From positions 868,001-932,000 of the forward strand of contig MU008181.1 of the NCBI GenBank assembly GCA_010909165.1: 64,000 bases of DNA. The letters run 5' to 3'. The DNA is from Anthoceros angustus. Taxonomy: Eukaryota > Plantae > Anthocerotophyta. The position numbers were made by a program, and so were the translations under genes. This document shows, piece by piece, positions 34,869-45,675 of the stretch (position 1 is its first letter; each line of letters starts with the position of its first letter). The notes under the pieces are model-generated. The model did not search any database. It was not told where the DNA came from and saw nothing but the letters and a program-made list of their open reading frames with translations.

Positions 34869-35580
34869 ATTTGGATTTGTTTGTTACGGCGTTTTGAGAG
34901 TTGAGCCCAGTGGTGGCTTTGTTGTGGTGCAATGTAAAGGCTGGTTACGAAGATGGTGTGCGCTTCTGCGCCGGGCACATGGCTGGCCCCTTGTGCGCCC
35001 AGCCTTGGATGGCTGCGATAGCCGGTAGCGCGGCGTACATGGCGCCTGCGCTATCGAGCGAAGGGCACTATGCCTTCGCGAGCATCTGGCCCTGTCTCCT
35101 CCTATCATCAAGCCACGGTAGCGGTTCGTGATGGCAAGCCCGGACAAGCGGCGGGCGAGATGGGGTCATGCGAATGGATGTCCGATGGCCCATGCCCTCC
35201 AGACTAAAAACTAAAACATTGTGTGTCACACAAAAAGATTCTCGACACCACATGCTTAGTGACGAGATCGGGACACGAGGCGGGCGCCAACGGCCGATGT
35301 CGTCAGTGTGCACGGAAGTTTTCCCGCCGTATGCGGCCGGAAAACTTCTTTGGTCACAATGGAAAAAAACCCTAAAGGGCCCGTGTGACGAGATCGGTAT
35401 TCCATAGATTTCACCGGCATATGCAGACGTCTTGATATATTAAGCTCTCTGCAAGTGACAAGTGTCTCGTTAATCCATTCATGCACGTCACTAATTAGAT
35501 GCAAGTGAAATACCACTACTTTTAATATTATTTTACTTATTCTATGAGGTGGAGGCGGGGCTTTGCCCCTGCTATGGTCT

Positions 35581-36570
35581 TCAGGCGTGCTTCTCTGGCC
35601 TCTTCTCAGCAGGGCGCGGCATCTTCGCCTTGCTCTTGTCAGGCTTTGGCTTTGATGAAGAAGCCTCCTTCTGGTGCGCTGGTTGCCGCACCTCTCCTTC
35701 CCGTTCCTCCTCATCATCTGGGGACAAAGGTGTCTCCCCTTCCATCACCCTCGGCAAGGACTCCTCCACCCTTGCTGTCTCCAATCTCCACTTATGCGAG
35801 CACTTCCTTTGTACGAGTGCACCAGGAAGGTGGAGAGATAGGACACCTGAAGCCCCTCCGTCAACAATGCCTCCCTATGTTGATGGCCTGATCGTACAAG
35901 ATGGTAGCCTAATCCACCTTCTTTCCACGGGACATCTCGTAGATATCAGCGGATGCGAATTCCCTAGGTAGGTCTTTCGCTGAGCACCGATTAGGCCAAG
36001 CCAAATCTTGGCCAAGAGGTTCCACTTCCTCTCCTTTAACAGGGACCCTCTCCAGCCATTTCGTTGAGTCCAAACCACCTCTAGAGAGTCGAGGAACTTA
36101 TCAAGCTCTACAGGCGCAATTCCTCCCGAGTTCTCGTCGGGGATGAGATACGTCTCCTGGAAGTGTTTGACAGTCCGAGCCCAGTCTAGTGGCTCCCCTC
36201 CCGTCTTTTCGCACTCATGCACCAGCAGAGGGCTGGCGTAGTGCCATCCTCGCGTCTCATAGAGCCACTCCATGCCCAGCTCTTTGGCATACTTGCGAAA
36301 AACTAACAAATCTCGCGGGGAGAAATTTGTATTGGTCGGCACTCCAAATCCCGTGCGACCTTCTTGCCCTTGGTTGGAGTGGGTTTCCCCCTTCCCCTTG
36401 GCTGAGCCTTGGATGATGATCGCTCGGATAAGCCAGAACCTGATCGGCGTGCAGGATCGACTGTGTTCAGGTGAGAAGGCGCGACGAGATCCAGATCTCA
36501 CTGGGACAAGGTCAAGTTTTTCTGGGAAGAGTAATAAAGAGGACTGATCGTGGAGCGTTGGAATTGTCAT
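35581..36570 (-). CDS. Unknown ORF(s), possibly an accessory (Athila/env-like) ORF of an LTR retroelement remnant
   Basis: A 231-aa ORF (35875-36570) includes DLLVFRKYAKELGMEWLYETRGWHYASPLLVHE, loosely like plant retrotransposon accessory ORFs. An acidic/basic tail frame follows (35581-35784). No gag or pol was recognised nearby. Confidence 0.35.
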
Positions 36571-37559
36571 GGTGAGATATATTGGGATTCGGGGCTTTCA
36601 GTGCCAGTATCTGATCAGCTTGGCGAGAATGAAGTGGAGTTCAAGATTTCAGCGTCATACAATTGGGGTAAGGTCGTCGAACGTGGGTGATGAGCAGCTC
36701 GTTTGTTTGGAAATGCAGGTAGACCATGGTGCCAGGGTCCAGCTCCCACCCATCGAAGTCGATCTCTTGGGATATCTAAGCCGGAACCTGGCAGGCGAGC
36801 AGGATCGGGTGTGGTGGTCATAGCGGCAGCGGCTGGGTTGGACTTGTAGTCCCAACGAATTGACAGAAGAGGCAGCAGAATGTGAAGCTATCCTGCCAAG
36901 GGCAGCCCGTCGCTGCCTCCTCCTCCTGCTGCTGCTGCATGGTCCGGGCTGGCCACCAAGCCCTCCAGGCCCCAGCCAGTCTCCAGGCTCACATCCCTGA
37001 TTATATACGGTGGCCACGATCTTGTGCAACCCGTGTGGGGGATCCGTACGCGTCTTAACGTTGTTGGAGCTTTCCAAAGTTCGTCTCGTTACGAGAAGAG
37101 AAGATTGGGGCAATCAATGAAGCAATTTTGATTCCCTACAAAACTGGTTCCCCGAAGTAGATGGTTCTACCATGTGAGAGCAGCAATGGCTTGTCCTAAG
37201 ATGGTGTGTTACCAAGTGTTGTTAGACGGCAGCCAGCTTTATAAAAGAATTCTTCACCACAGGACGAAGACTTTCCAGTTATAAGAGATGAGGCTACAGC
37301 TAGAGAGTTATTCCTTAGCAACCGAACCACATTCTTGTTGGCATTGACGTACCGAAATACTGTGGGAGCTTAGAGGAGGAGATCGACAAATGGGAACCTA
37401 GTGGGTGTGTGCTTTGTGTGTGTGTGTGTGTAATCTTACCAGGCTAAAGGATTTCACAACCAGCAGAACGTCACAGGATCAGCAGCAAACCCGAATGAAT
37501 TTAGCGTAGCAGGGCATGGGGCTGTTGGAAGCCCGTCGTCTCTCAGTACCATACAAGAA

Positions 37560-37990
37560 GAGCATGACATTCGTGTGCCTCCTGCAGGCATGTGCAAGTG
37601 CGGACCTCCAGCGCTGTTGGAAAGGGGAAGCATCTTCTTGTGTATATCCGAGAACAAGGACATGAAGCTAGCTGGTGCAGTGTTGTATGCAAAGTGTGAT
37701 AAGCTTGGAAAGATGCTCAGAAAGTTTTTGATGCACTTGGTTGCAGTGGTTGATAGACTCGCTCAATAGAAGGCATGGCTATAGCCAATCCCGTGACATT
37801 TCTGTGCCTCCTGCAAGCATGTGCCAGTTGGGGACCATGTGCAGCTTTAAGGAAGGGACAGGCTGCATCTTCATGCTGAGATATATTACAGAACAAGGGC
37901 GTGAATCTGAGGTTGTGTGCAGCCAGGCGGCTGATGAATATTTATGAAAAGTGTGGCAGCGCCGAAGGTACGCTCACTGGGTAGTGTTTG
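37560..37990 (+). pseudogene. PLS-class pentatricopeptide repeat (PPR) gene fragment, frameshifted
   Basis: MTFVCLLQACAS, LYAKCDKL...AQKVFDAL, NPVTFLCLLQACAS and RLMNIYEKCGSAE occur across shifting frames. Confidence 0.8.
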
Positions 37991-38641
37991 GTGTACTTAA
38001 AAAATGTGGTGACTTGGCCTAATGTGATAGCTATCGGTTCCCTAAGGGGCATGGGACGGGGAGCCCTTTGTGTGTACAGTGCTGTGCAAGAAGATGACAA
38101 GTCTGCATAATAGTGCTGGAATGTGTAACAGTGAGCAATGTGCTGTTGTTTCACCGGCCTGCCCTCCTGTAGCGGAATAATCTGTGAATGCACCTGAACT
38201 GCAAACGCAAAGAAAACGGAAGGGTTTAACTTGACCTTAAAAGGAATGTAACGACAACGAACCTAACTCAACAAGGAATCAGCACTTCAGTCATAAGTTG
38301 ATCGATTTACAAGTATGCAGCCATGCAGCAGTTGGCGCAGTGACGAAGTTGGGATACCGGAAAGCATCAAAAGGTGTAGGCATTGCGTGCGAAGCGGAAA
38401 ACTTAGCCAGCTGTGCAGCCACTTGTGATGGGTCTAAATGAGATTCGCAGGAGGCATTCGGTTCAAAGGCATTGGCCTCCAATTCCCGAGCAGGACCCAT
38501 CCGTTCCCAAGTACCAACAGAGGCTGTGCAGCCACTTGTGATGGGTGAAGATGAGTTTGGCAGGAGGCATTTGGCTCAAAGGAATTGAACCCCAATTCCC
38601 AAGAAGGAATCACCCAGCTCTTACACTAAAAGCATCACTTG

Positions 38642-39700
38642 TTACAGCCCTTGGCCACGACACAGACCACACCAGCCGAGGTATGATTCTTCGCCATTTG
38701 GGGCATGCTCAATTCCCAAAGGACAACACTTAGGGCCTCGACACTTGACAAGGCCTCTTTCTCCCGAAAAGTGACAGGAGTCACATAAGTGAGCAGTTCC
38801 AAAGCGCAAAAGTAAGTAGCCACGGAGCAGCAATATCTGCACTTAAATTCCATATAACCAGTGCCATGGCCTGATACCTTGCATATTCCATGGCCAGCTG
38901 CGGCAGCAGAACAGCGGCCACCACGTAAACTTGCGCGGATCATAACCGTCTCCCCTGCACGATCGAGGATGATTGGTAAAAGCTTGCAAACGACTCTAGA
39001 AGACCTTGAATCAATGAACAAGAGAAAATGACTCGTCTCCTGCCATACCCTAAACCCTAACCCCGGGGATACTTCGTCATGGCACCCATCACTGATCCTT
39101 CGTTGCTTCTCTCTTCTACGCCTTGTGTACCCTCCGCTTCTAAAACTTCCACACACTCCACAACTTCCACGCCTTGTATCCCACTTGCTCCATCTTGAGC
39201 CGCTGCATGACCATATGCCCAACGTGCACAACGACATGACTGAGGATCTCTTTGCATGATATGAACGGATGTTGCTTCACCAAGAACGTGCACATCCTCG
39301 TGTTATCTCTCATGCCCACGAAAGCTAATTTTGGGGAACCACTCATCAATCGGCCTCTTTGCACGGTGAAAGTGCACCATATGCCCGCAGGCCCGACATG
39401 CATTCTCACTGTCGCGAAAGAAAGAGCGTCCAGAAATGCGATTGGGGTTAGCAAAACCACCTCTAGACAGGGAAGGCAAGTACGATCGTCGTCAACTCCT
39501 CCACAGCGATGCCCACATTACGTAAGCGTCAGCAGCTCCCTACAGTCCGATTCCGAGCAAACAGCAGAAGCAAGATTCGACACCTGCACAAAGTCTCTCC
39601 TGTAGCCAAGCAGCAAACCGTGCAAGTGCTGGAGTAACTCGCAGTTTCCGCGGTTACGCCCCTTCCGTATCCTGCAGGCCTGCCAAGCTAGCTCAGGATC
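38642..39700 (-). pseudogene. Decayed MYCBP2/RPM-1/Highwire-type C-terminal module (B-box-like, RING-H2, tandem-cysteine/RCR domain)
   Basis: Collinear motifs across frameshifts and stops: [89 protein letters not shown] then +2 nt FGTAHLCDSCH; CPLGIEHAPNGEESYLGWCGLCR*. These match, in order, the MYCBP2 motifs as I recall them: [94 protein letters not shown]. Confidence 0.85.
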
Positions 39701-40367
39701 ATCCGGCAAGCTCCAGCTGAATTTGCAGCTACGCAGCCCCAGGTTGCTGGACGATACACATCCTTTCCGACGGGCTGCCTGTTGGGCAAGGGTGCTCCTA
39801 AGTATTTGTGGAATTGTGTTCCCGCCTAATTCGCCCCTTATCGGTTCTTTGTACGACACAATGAGAGGCAAATGCGAGGTGAGGCAGCTTGGGTTCGGGC
39901 GGGTGACAGGTGGATTGCGCAAGCCGGAACTGTTGCGTGGGATCGCCATCCGACATGCCCCCTCCTGCGGTTTGACAAATCAGGGCAAGCTGTTAGGATG
40001 GCGATGGAGCCTCATGGACTTGTTGCTTCTTTGTGGGCTGTGGCAGGCCCTCGTCGTTCTGAAATCCTGAGCGGCAGTTGGCCAGCCAATCTCTTGTGTC
40101 ATGTCCCAGCATGGTTTGGGTTGGCAGAGAGTGCTGTCGTCCTATGTCCGGGGAAAGGGACAGCCTCTGCCAGATCGAGGCGTAGCCTATAAGCCGAAAT
40201 TCAGAGAAATTCCATATGAGCAGCCGACCCGCGCTTTGGGGGGGAAAAAAGGGCTTGGCGAGGGGAGCATTTTTTGGGGGAAAAAGACGATGACACGCAG
40301 CAGAGTGATGGGGAGAAAGCTCGCGTAGCTTGCAAGAATTGGAGAAAGCGGAAGCGGAAGCGGAAGC

Positions 40368-41230
40368 ATGGCGTGGATCACCAGGTTCGTGGCGATGCTC
40401 TGTTTCCTGGCTGCGGGGCTGGTGGTGTCGCCGGAGGCCTGGACGGGCAGGCTGAAGGATGCAGGAGGCCTGTCGGAGCAGGAGAGTTTCCCGACCAGTG
40501 GAGGCCTGGTGGCGTTGCGGCTGGCGCATCTTCTCAGTTTCGCCACGGCTTTCGGGTCCTCGCTCTGGGTCACCTTCATCGGCGGCATCATCATGTTCAA
40601 GTAGGATTGAGTGCGGAATTGGTTGATTGATTGATTGCAGCAGCTGGTTTGATTGCCAGGCATCGGCATCTCAGTTTGCCCTTGCCCCTGTCGTGCGCAG
40701 GCATCTGCCTCGGCACCAGTTCGGCAATCTGCAGGCCCAGATGTTTCCCGTCTTCTTTAAGTTGGTTGCCGCCTGTGCCGCCATCTGCACCGCGGCGTTC
40801 GCTACCCTGCATCCCTTGAGTTCTGCGAGCGGGCTGGAGAGGTTGCAGCTGGCGTCGCTGGGAGCCTCGCTTTTCTTTATCTTCCTCAATCTCGCCTTCT
40901 TCCAGCCGCTCACCATCAAGGTGAGTTGCATTTTCGGGGCCGCTGAGGAAGGCTGTTTTTCAGGCTGTTGTGGTGAGGGTTAACGGGGCAGTGTGTGGAA
41001 TTCTTGGATGGCAGCTGATGCGGGAGAGGCATAAGATTGAGCGGGAGGAGAACATCGGGGACGAGGTTGGCAGGTCCAAGAACCTGGAGGTTGCGAAGCG
41101 GAGCCCCAAGCTGGCTGCTATGAACAAGCGATTTGGGATGGTTCATGGATTGTCGTCTTTGTCCAATCTGTTTGCTTTCGGAGGCTTCGCAGTCCACTCC
41201 TGGTACCTCGCGGGCAGACTGGTTCTGTAG
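40368..41230 (+). CDS. TMEM205: TMEM205 / DUF4149 membrane protein, 3 exons
   Basis: Exons 40368-40600, 40701-40920 and 41015-41230 with GT-AG introns. Motifs: HLLSFATAFGSSLWVTFIGGIIMF, LPRHQFGNLQAQMFP, MNKRFGMVHGLSSLSNL. Confidence 0.92.
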
Positions 41231-41284
41231 GGCGGAATTTGGATAGTGTTTGCAAGAGTGACACAAGGCAGGGACTAGACCCTT

Positions 41285-43117
41285 TCAGAATTTATTCAAG
41301 AATTTTAGGTAAGCCTGTATATAGTTCCGCTTTGCTGGTATCAAGTGTCCGAATTCGTGCCTGATGGAAACTGCAGAACCTGGCTTGAACGTGGATGCTA
41401 ACTGCTGGCTTTCTGAGGGAGTGATCTGTCTGTCATGGCCAACGTCTCCGCCGTAGATGTGTAGTGACGGGCAGTCTACAAGCACGCCGGCTGGCATGGC
41501 CAGGACGTGCTCAGGGGCAGGGGATAGGAAGCCTGAACAACAAATTACAAACCTGAAATCCACCAGTTTCAGTGGATCTGTAGAACGAGCAGCACATAGA
41601 GCTGCAGCTATTGCCGCACCCTGTGAGAAACCCAGCACTCCATCGAAGGGGCCTTGTTCCGCAAACACGTTCTGCAGAAAGAGCCATGTTCCTGCCCATC
41701 CTGCGGTTTGGGTTTTGTATTGCAGTGGGTCGAAGGATCCCTCCAGCACTGACCCTCTCTCCAGATGCTTTGATGCTTGCAAGGTTTCAGGAGTTACGAG
41801 CCAAGCATATTTCCTTCCAGGCACCAATAGATTCTCCAGGCTAGTTTCTGCTTCTTCAGATCTCTGCCCCATGGCACGCACAAAGGGAAGCTCGTGTGGT
41901 GCATCTACGAAGACGAAATCTGCTACCCCTTTCAGCTTCTTCCTAAAGGCTGCTGTCCTGCCCTTGAAAGTGGAGGCACTTTGTCTGAAACCGTGCAGAC
42001 ACAGGATCCGCAGCTTCTGGCTCCGCGAAAACTTGAGAGATCGAGCTATGCAGCCGTCAGCAGTGGAAGGAGATACCCCTGCTTCATCAGGCACTTCACC
42101 ATCTGTTGCAGGAGCTTTTGTAGCACCGTCAGGACTCTGACATAATTCACACACGTACACCAACCCTGATTTGTCCTCCTTGCGACAATTATCGCAGACG
42201 AGCACCAGGATACGGCACAGGGAACACCGCACCCTGGAAGAGTAGTCGTCAAACGAAGCACTGCACAGCAAGCAGGAGCCCACAACACCACCATCCAGAC
42301 TGGGGACGGATATCCTATGGTCGAACACAAAATTCTTCCCCTTGAAGAACCCACCACGTGGAAATGCCTCCAAATACCTCTGAATGCCACCCGACAATTG
42401 CAACACGTCCTGGAATCCTTCACCCTTGCAACGGATGTAGGCGGATGCCATCTCACATCTCACACCGCCTGTGCAGTACATGAGGATCCGCTTGTTCCGC
42501 AGATGGTCTTCGTTCCTGTCAATCCACTCTGGCAAGTCACTGTACTGACGTACCCCTGGATCCAAACACTGCACTCCCGTTGGTGGGCAGAATTTTCCTA
42601 TCCTTGTCTCGTAGACGTTCCTGGCATCCACCATCACAACTCCGGAGGGAGGTGTCGTATGCTCTGTTGCCATACAACGTTCTGCAGCGTCTTCAAGTAC
42701 CCTGTGAAACTCTTCGGGAGACAGGTGTTCTCCTGCCTGGGAGATGGAAATCTCCGTCGAAGAAGGCATGCCCAAGGTCACCAGCTCCTTCACCACACGG
42801 ACTGATAGCGAATCGAAGCCACATTGCCGAGCCATCTGCTCATCCACAGGACTTGTGCAATATGCCAGCTTGAAATCAGTGCCCTCAAAACGTGGGTTGG
42901 CAGAAACAGCCTCAACATGTACTTGCAAGGCCGCCATCTTCCCTCCAACAGTCACGCTGACTCCATCAGGCGCTACACGGATGCGTCCCACTAGACACTG
43001 ATTGCTGCAGAGCGACAAGAACCACGCTTTCGCTGCTTCTGGGTCAGGGATGCTGGCAAACTTGTAATACAGCAACACTCCCTCCTCCTCTTGCCCCTCC
43101 ATGTCACGCTGTGTCAT
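41285..43117 (-). CDS. STR6: Rhodanese-like domain protein 6 type (TrhO/UPF0176-like N-domain, rhodanese, FSH1 serine hydrolase), intronless
   Basis: Single ~610-aa ORF: VLLYYK; DARNVYETRIGKF; ILMYCTGGVRCEMASAY; QLSGGIQRYLE; FKGKNFVFDHR; LRILCLHGFRQS; GPFDGVLGFSQGA; HEFGHLIP. The ATG is at 43117 or 43102. Confidence 0.93.
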   Translation of the reverse strand: MTQRDMEGQEEEGVLLYYKFASIPDPEAAKAWFLSLCSNQCLVGRIRVAPDGVSVTVGGKMAALQVHVEAVSANPRFEGTDFKLAYCTSPVDEQMARQCGFDSLSVRVVKELVTLGMPSSTEISISQAGEHLSPEEFHRVLEDAAERCMATEHTTPPSGVVMVDARNVYETRIGKFCPPTGVQCLDPGVRQYSDLPEWIDRNEDHLRNKRILMYCTGGVRCEMASAYIRCKGEGFQDVLQLSGGIQRYLEAFPRGGFFKGKNFVFDHRISVPSLDGGVVGSCLLCSASFDDYSSRVRCSLCRILVLVCDNCRKEDKSGLVYVCELCQSPDGATKAPATDGEVPDEAGVSPSTADGCIARSLKFSRSQKLRILCLHGFRQSASTFKGRTAAFRKKLKGVADFVFVDAPHELPFVRAMGQRSEEAETSLENLLVPGRKYAWLVTPETLQASKHLERGSVLEGSFDPLQYKTQTAGWAGTWLFLQNVFAEQGPFDGVLGFSQGAAIAAALCAARSTDPLKLVDFRFVICCSGFLSPAPEHVLAMPAGVLVDCPSLHIYGGDVGHDRQITPSESQQLASTFKPGSAVSIRHEFGHLIPAKRNYIQAYLKFLNKF

Positions 43118-43353
43118 CTGCCAGAATCTTTGAGGCAAGAACTGCCGGGAAACCGACCTAGCAAGGCATAGCGTCTGCGTAAATCAAATACGCTCAATCC
43201 GCAAAGAGAGCTCCAACAACCAGACGGAGAAAAAAATTGGTCAGATCCGTATCCGGGACCACGTGACGCAAGGTGCTGATTAAGCTGATCCACGCTTTTG
43301 TCGAGCTCGTCTAAAGTAGAAAGTTTGTGTAACAAACTCCATCTCTCTTTGGC

Positions 43354-45675
43354 ATGGCATTTGTGCCTTCCTTGGTGTCGTCATGTCCTTCTTCAACATG
43401 TTTCACCGGGGTTATTGGATATGATCGAGCCCTCTCCACTCGCACCGTATTGCTTTTTGCTCCAGCAGCTTCTGATCGTAGGTTTCCTTCGTCTTCTGCC
43501 CATCGTGTTTCGTCCACCTCTGCTCTCAGGCTTTGGTGGCTCGTGTTCGCTACGTCTCGCAGACGTTACCTGGGTACGACGACAGGTTCGAAGTGCTGCT
43601 CACCTTCCACCTGTAGCAGCCCCTCAGGTAGGGAATGGCGGACAGCCCAATGACCCTTGTCCTCGTCACTGTCTGTATGTCTGGATGAATTGCACATGCC
43701 TATGGGTTGTATTTGCCTTTGAGGGAGTTCTGGATTCACGTCATCGGTGAATTGTCTCTTGCAGGTGTGACAATGGGCCCACCTTCCGCCCCCCTGAACG
43801 TGAAGACGGACGAGGTGCTTCCTTCAGAGGTTGAGCTGCCTCCTTCTAGAACGGAACTGTATCCGGCAATTGAGCCATATAGAACTGGATTCCTACGAGT
43901 GTCGGACCTTCACAATCTTTACTGGGAGGAAAACGGAAATCCGGATGGCCAGGTAAGTGCACCCATCGTAGTGATTTCTCGGTTGACCTTTTGTGGGGTC
44001 GTAGAAAACCAAGTTCGTGAGTGCCCTGCAATGTTCTGCTTTCTCTCAAACTATGGTGTCGATGGTTGTCCTTACCACGAGTAGTCTATGCAATGACAGC
44101 CAGTGCTTTTCCTCCATGGTGGACCTGGAAGTGGTACAAGCAGTGGGAACAGGAGATTTTTTGATCCAGACTTCTATCGCATCATTCTTCATGACCAGGT
44201 ATGCCCAAGACGTGTGAGGTTTTCTCATATTTCTGCACCAACAGATGGTTTTAAATGTTTTGCTGCACATTTTCACAGCGAGGCTCGGGAAAGAGCACAC
44301 CACATGCATGCTTGGAAGAAAACGACACATGGCGTCTAGCTGAAGACATCGAGAAACTGCGGGAACATTTGGGGATCTCGAAGTGGATGGTCTGAAAACA
44401 ATTTTCAGTTGTTGTTCGATTTATTCTGTGATCGTTTTGGAAGTTGTGTATTCAGACTCCTGACGCCAATTGTTTCCTGCAGGTCTTTGGGGGATCATGG
44501 GGCAGTACTCTCAGTCTCTTTTATGCCCAGCAATATCCAGATCGAGTAAGTCCTCGCCGCACATTTATGGGACCATCTGATCTTCCAAGCAAAACAACCT
44601 TTTAATAAACAATGTGGTTGTGTATGCTAGGTGTTAGCATTGGTACTTCGGGGTATTTTCCTAGTGCGGAAGAAGGAGATTGATTGGTTCTACCGGGGTG
44701 GTGCTGCAGCAATCTTTCCTGATGGTAGGACATGATCTCTAGCAACTCCGGCTCTTTTTGAGAGTTCCAGATGCTTTGTGGTGACTAAGAAAGGTAGTGC
44801 TGTGGTAAGGGGGCATGTAGCGTGGGAATCTTACAGAAACTTCATCCCTGAGGAGGAAAGGAGTGATTTCGTGGAAGCCTATGCCAAACGGCTGAGTGGG
44901 AGCGATCCTCAAGTGCAGGTCAGCACATATTCTCTTGCAGGTCCAATCAAGATGTCAAACCCATCATAGTGGTCGTTTGACATAGTTTCATACAGCTAGC
45001 TGCAGCCAGAGCCTGGACGAATTGGGAGCTGGCAACATCTTACCTTGTGCCCAATGAGGACTCACTGAAGCGGGGAGAAAGCGAACGTTTTGCTCTGGTA
45101 CTGTAGGTTCTGCCTTGTTTGTCGGTAGCCTTTTTCCTGGTGGTGCTATTGCGATATTTGCAGACGGCCTTCTTCACAGCTTGACTTCGAACATCGCGCT
45201 GTGCAGGCCTTTGCTCGAGTGGAGAACCATTACTTCGTAAACAAAGGCTTCTTCCCGTCTGATTCCTTCCTGCTCGACAACATAGACAAGATTAGGCATC
45301 TGCCAGGCATAATCGTTCAGGTGATGTATCTTGCAAGGGTGCATGCACGACCGCAAGGGCTCCATTGTTTTTGGATAGTGGACTCAAAGCTTGTACTACA
45401 TTCTCTTGTTCGAGCAGGGCCGATATGACATCGTTTGCCCCATCATGACCGCATGGGATCTTCACAAGGCCTGGCCAGAGGCTCAATTCAAGGTATGTGC
45501 AGAATTTGGTTGTAATTCACCTACTCACTTGGCTGGTATGAACCTTCGGTTTTGGTGGGTTCTTCCGATGCAGGTGGTCCCAAATGCGGGTCACTCAGCG
45601 AACGAGACCGGAATATCTGCTGAACTTGTTGCTGCCACCGAGTACATGAAGAAGAGTGTAGCTTGGGACGTTTGA
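43354..45675 (+). CDS. PIP: Proline iminopeptidase with probable N-terminal organellar transit peptide (about 11 exons)
   Basis: LYPAIEPY, LFLHGGPGSG, IILHDQ|RGSGKS, VFGGSWGSTL (nucleophile elbow), LVLRGIF, FARVENHYFVNKGF, GRYDIVCP and AGHSANE on consecutive GT-AG exons. Ser/Arg-rich exon 1 spans 43354-43627. Confidence 0.95.

Larger units (their letters stand above)
12718..35406. mobile_element. Giant (22,689 bp) TIR-bounded element with 6-bp TSD; superfamily unassigned
   Basis: Left terminus TATGGAATACCGATCTCGTCACACGGG (12718-12744) is the exact reverse complement of the right terminus CCCGTGTGACGAGATCGGTATTCCATA (35380-35406). GATTTC is directly repeated at 12712-12717 and 35407-35412. 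The interior is GC-rich and repetitive, unlike the flanks. Confidence 0.9.

Noticed and set aside
12718-35406. Calling the giant element a Polinton/Maverick or endogenous virus
   Set aside because: Size and the 6-bp TSD fit, but the TIRs are short, do not start with AG, and I recognised no pPolB, integrase, packaging ATPase or capsid motif. It is left unassigned.
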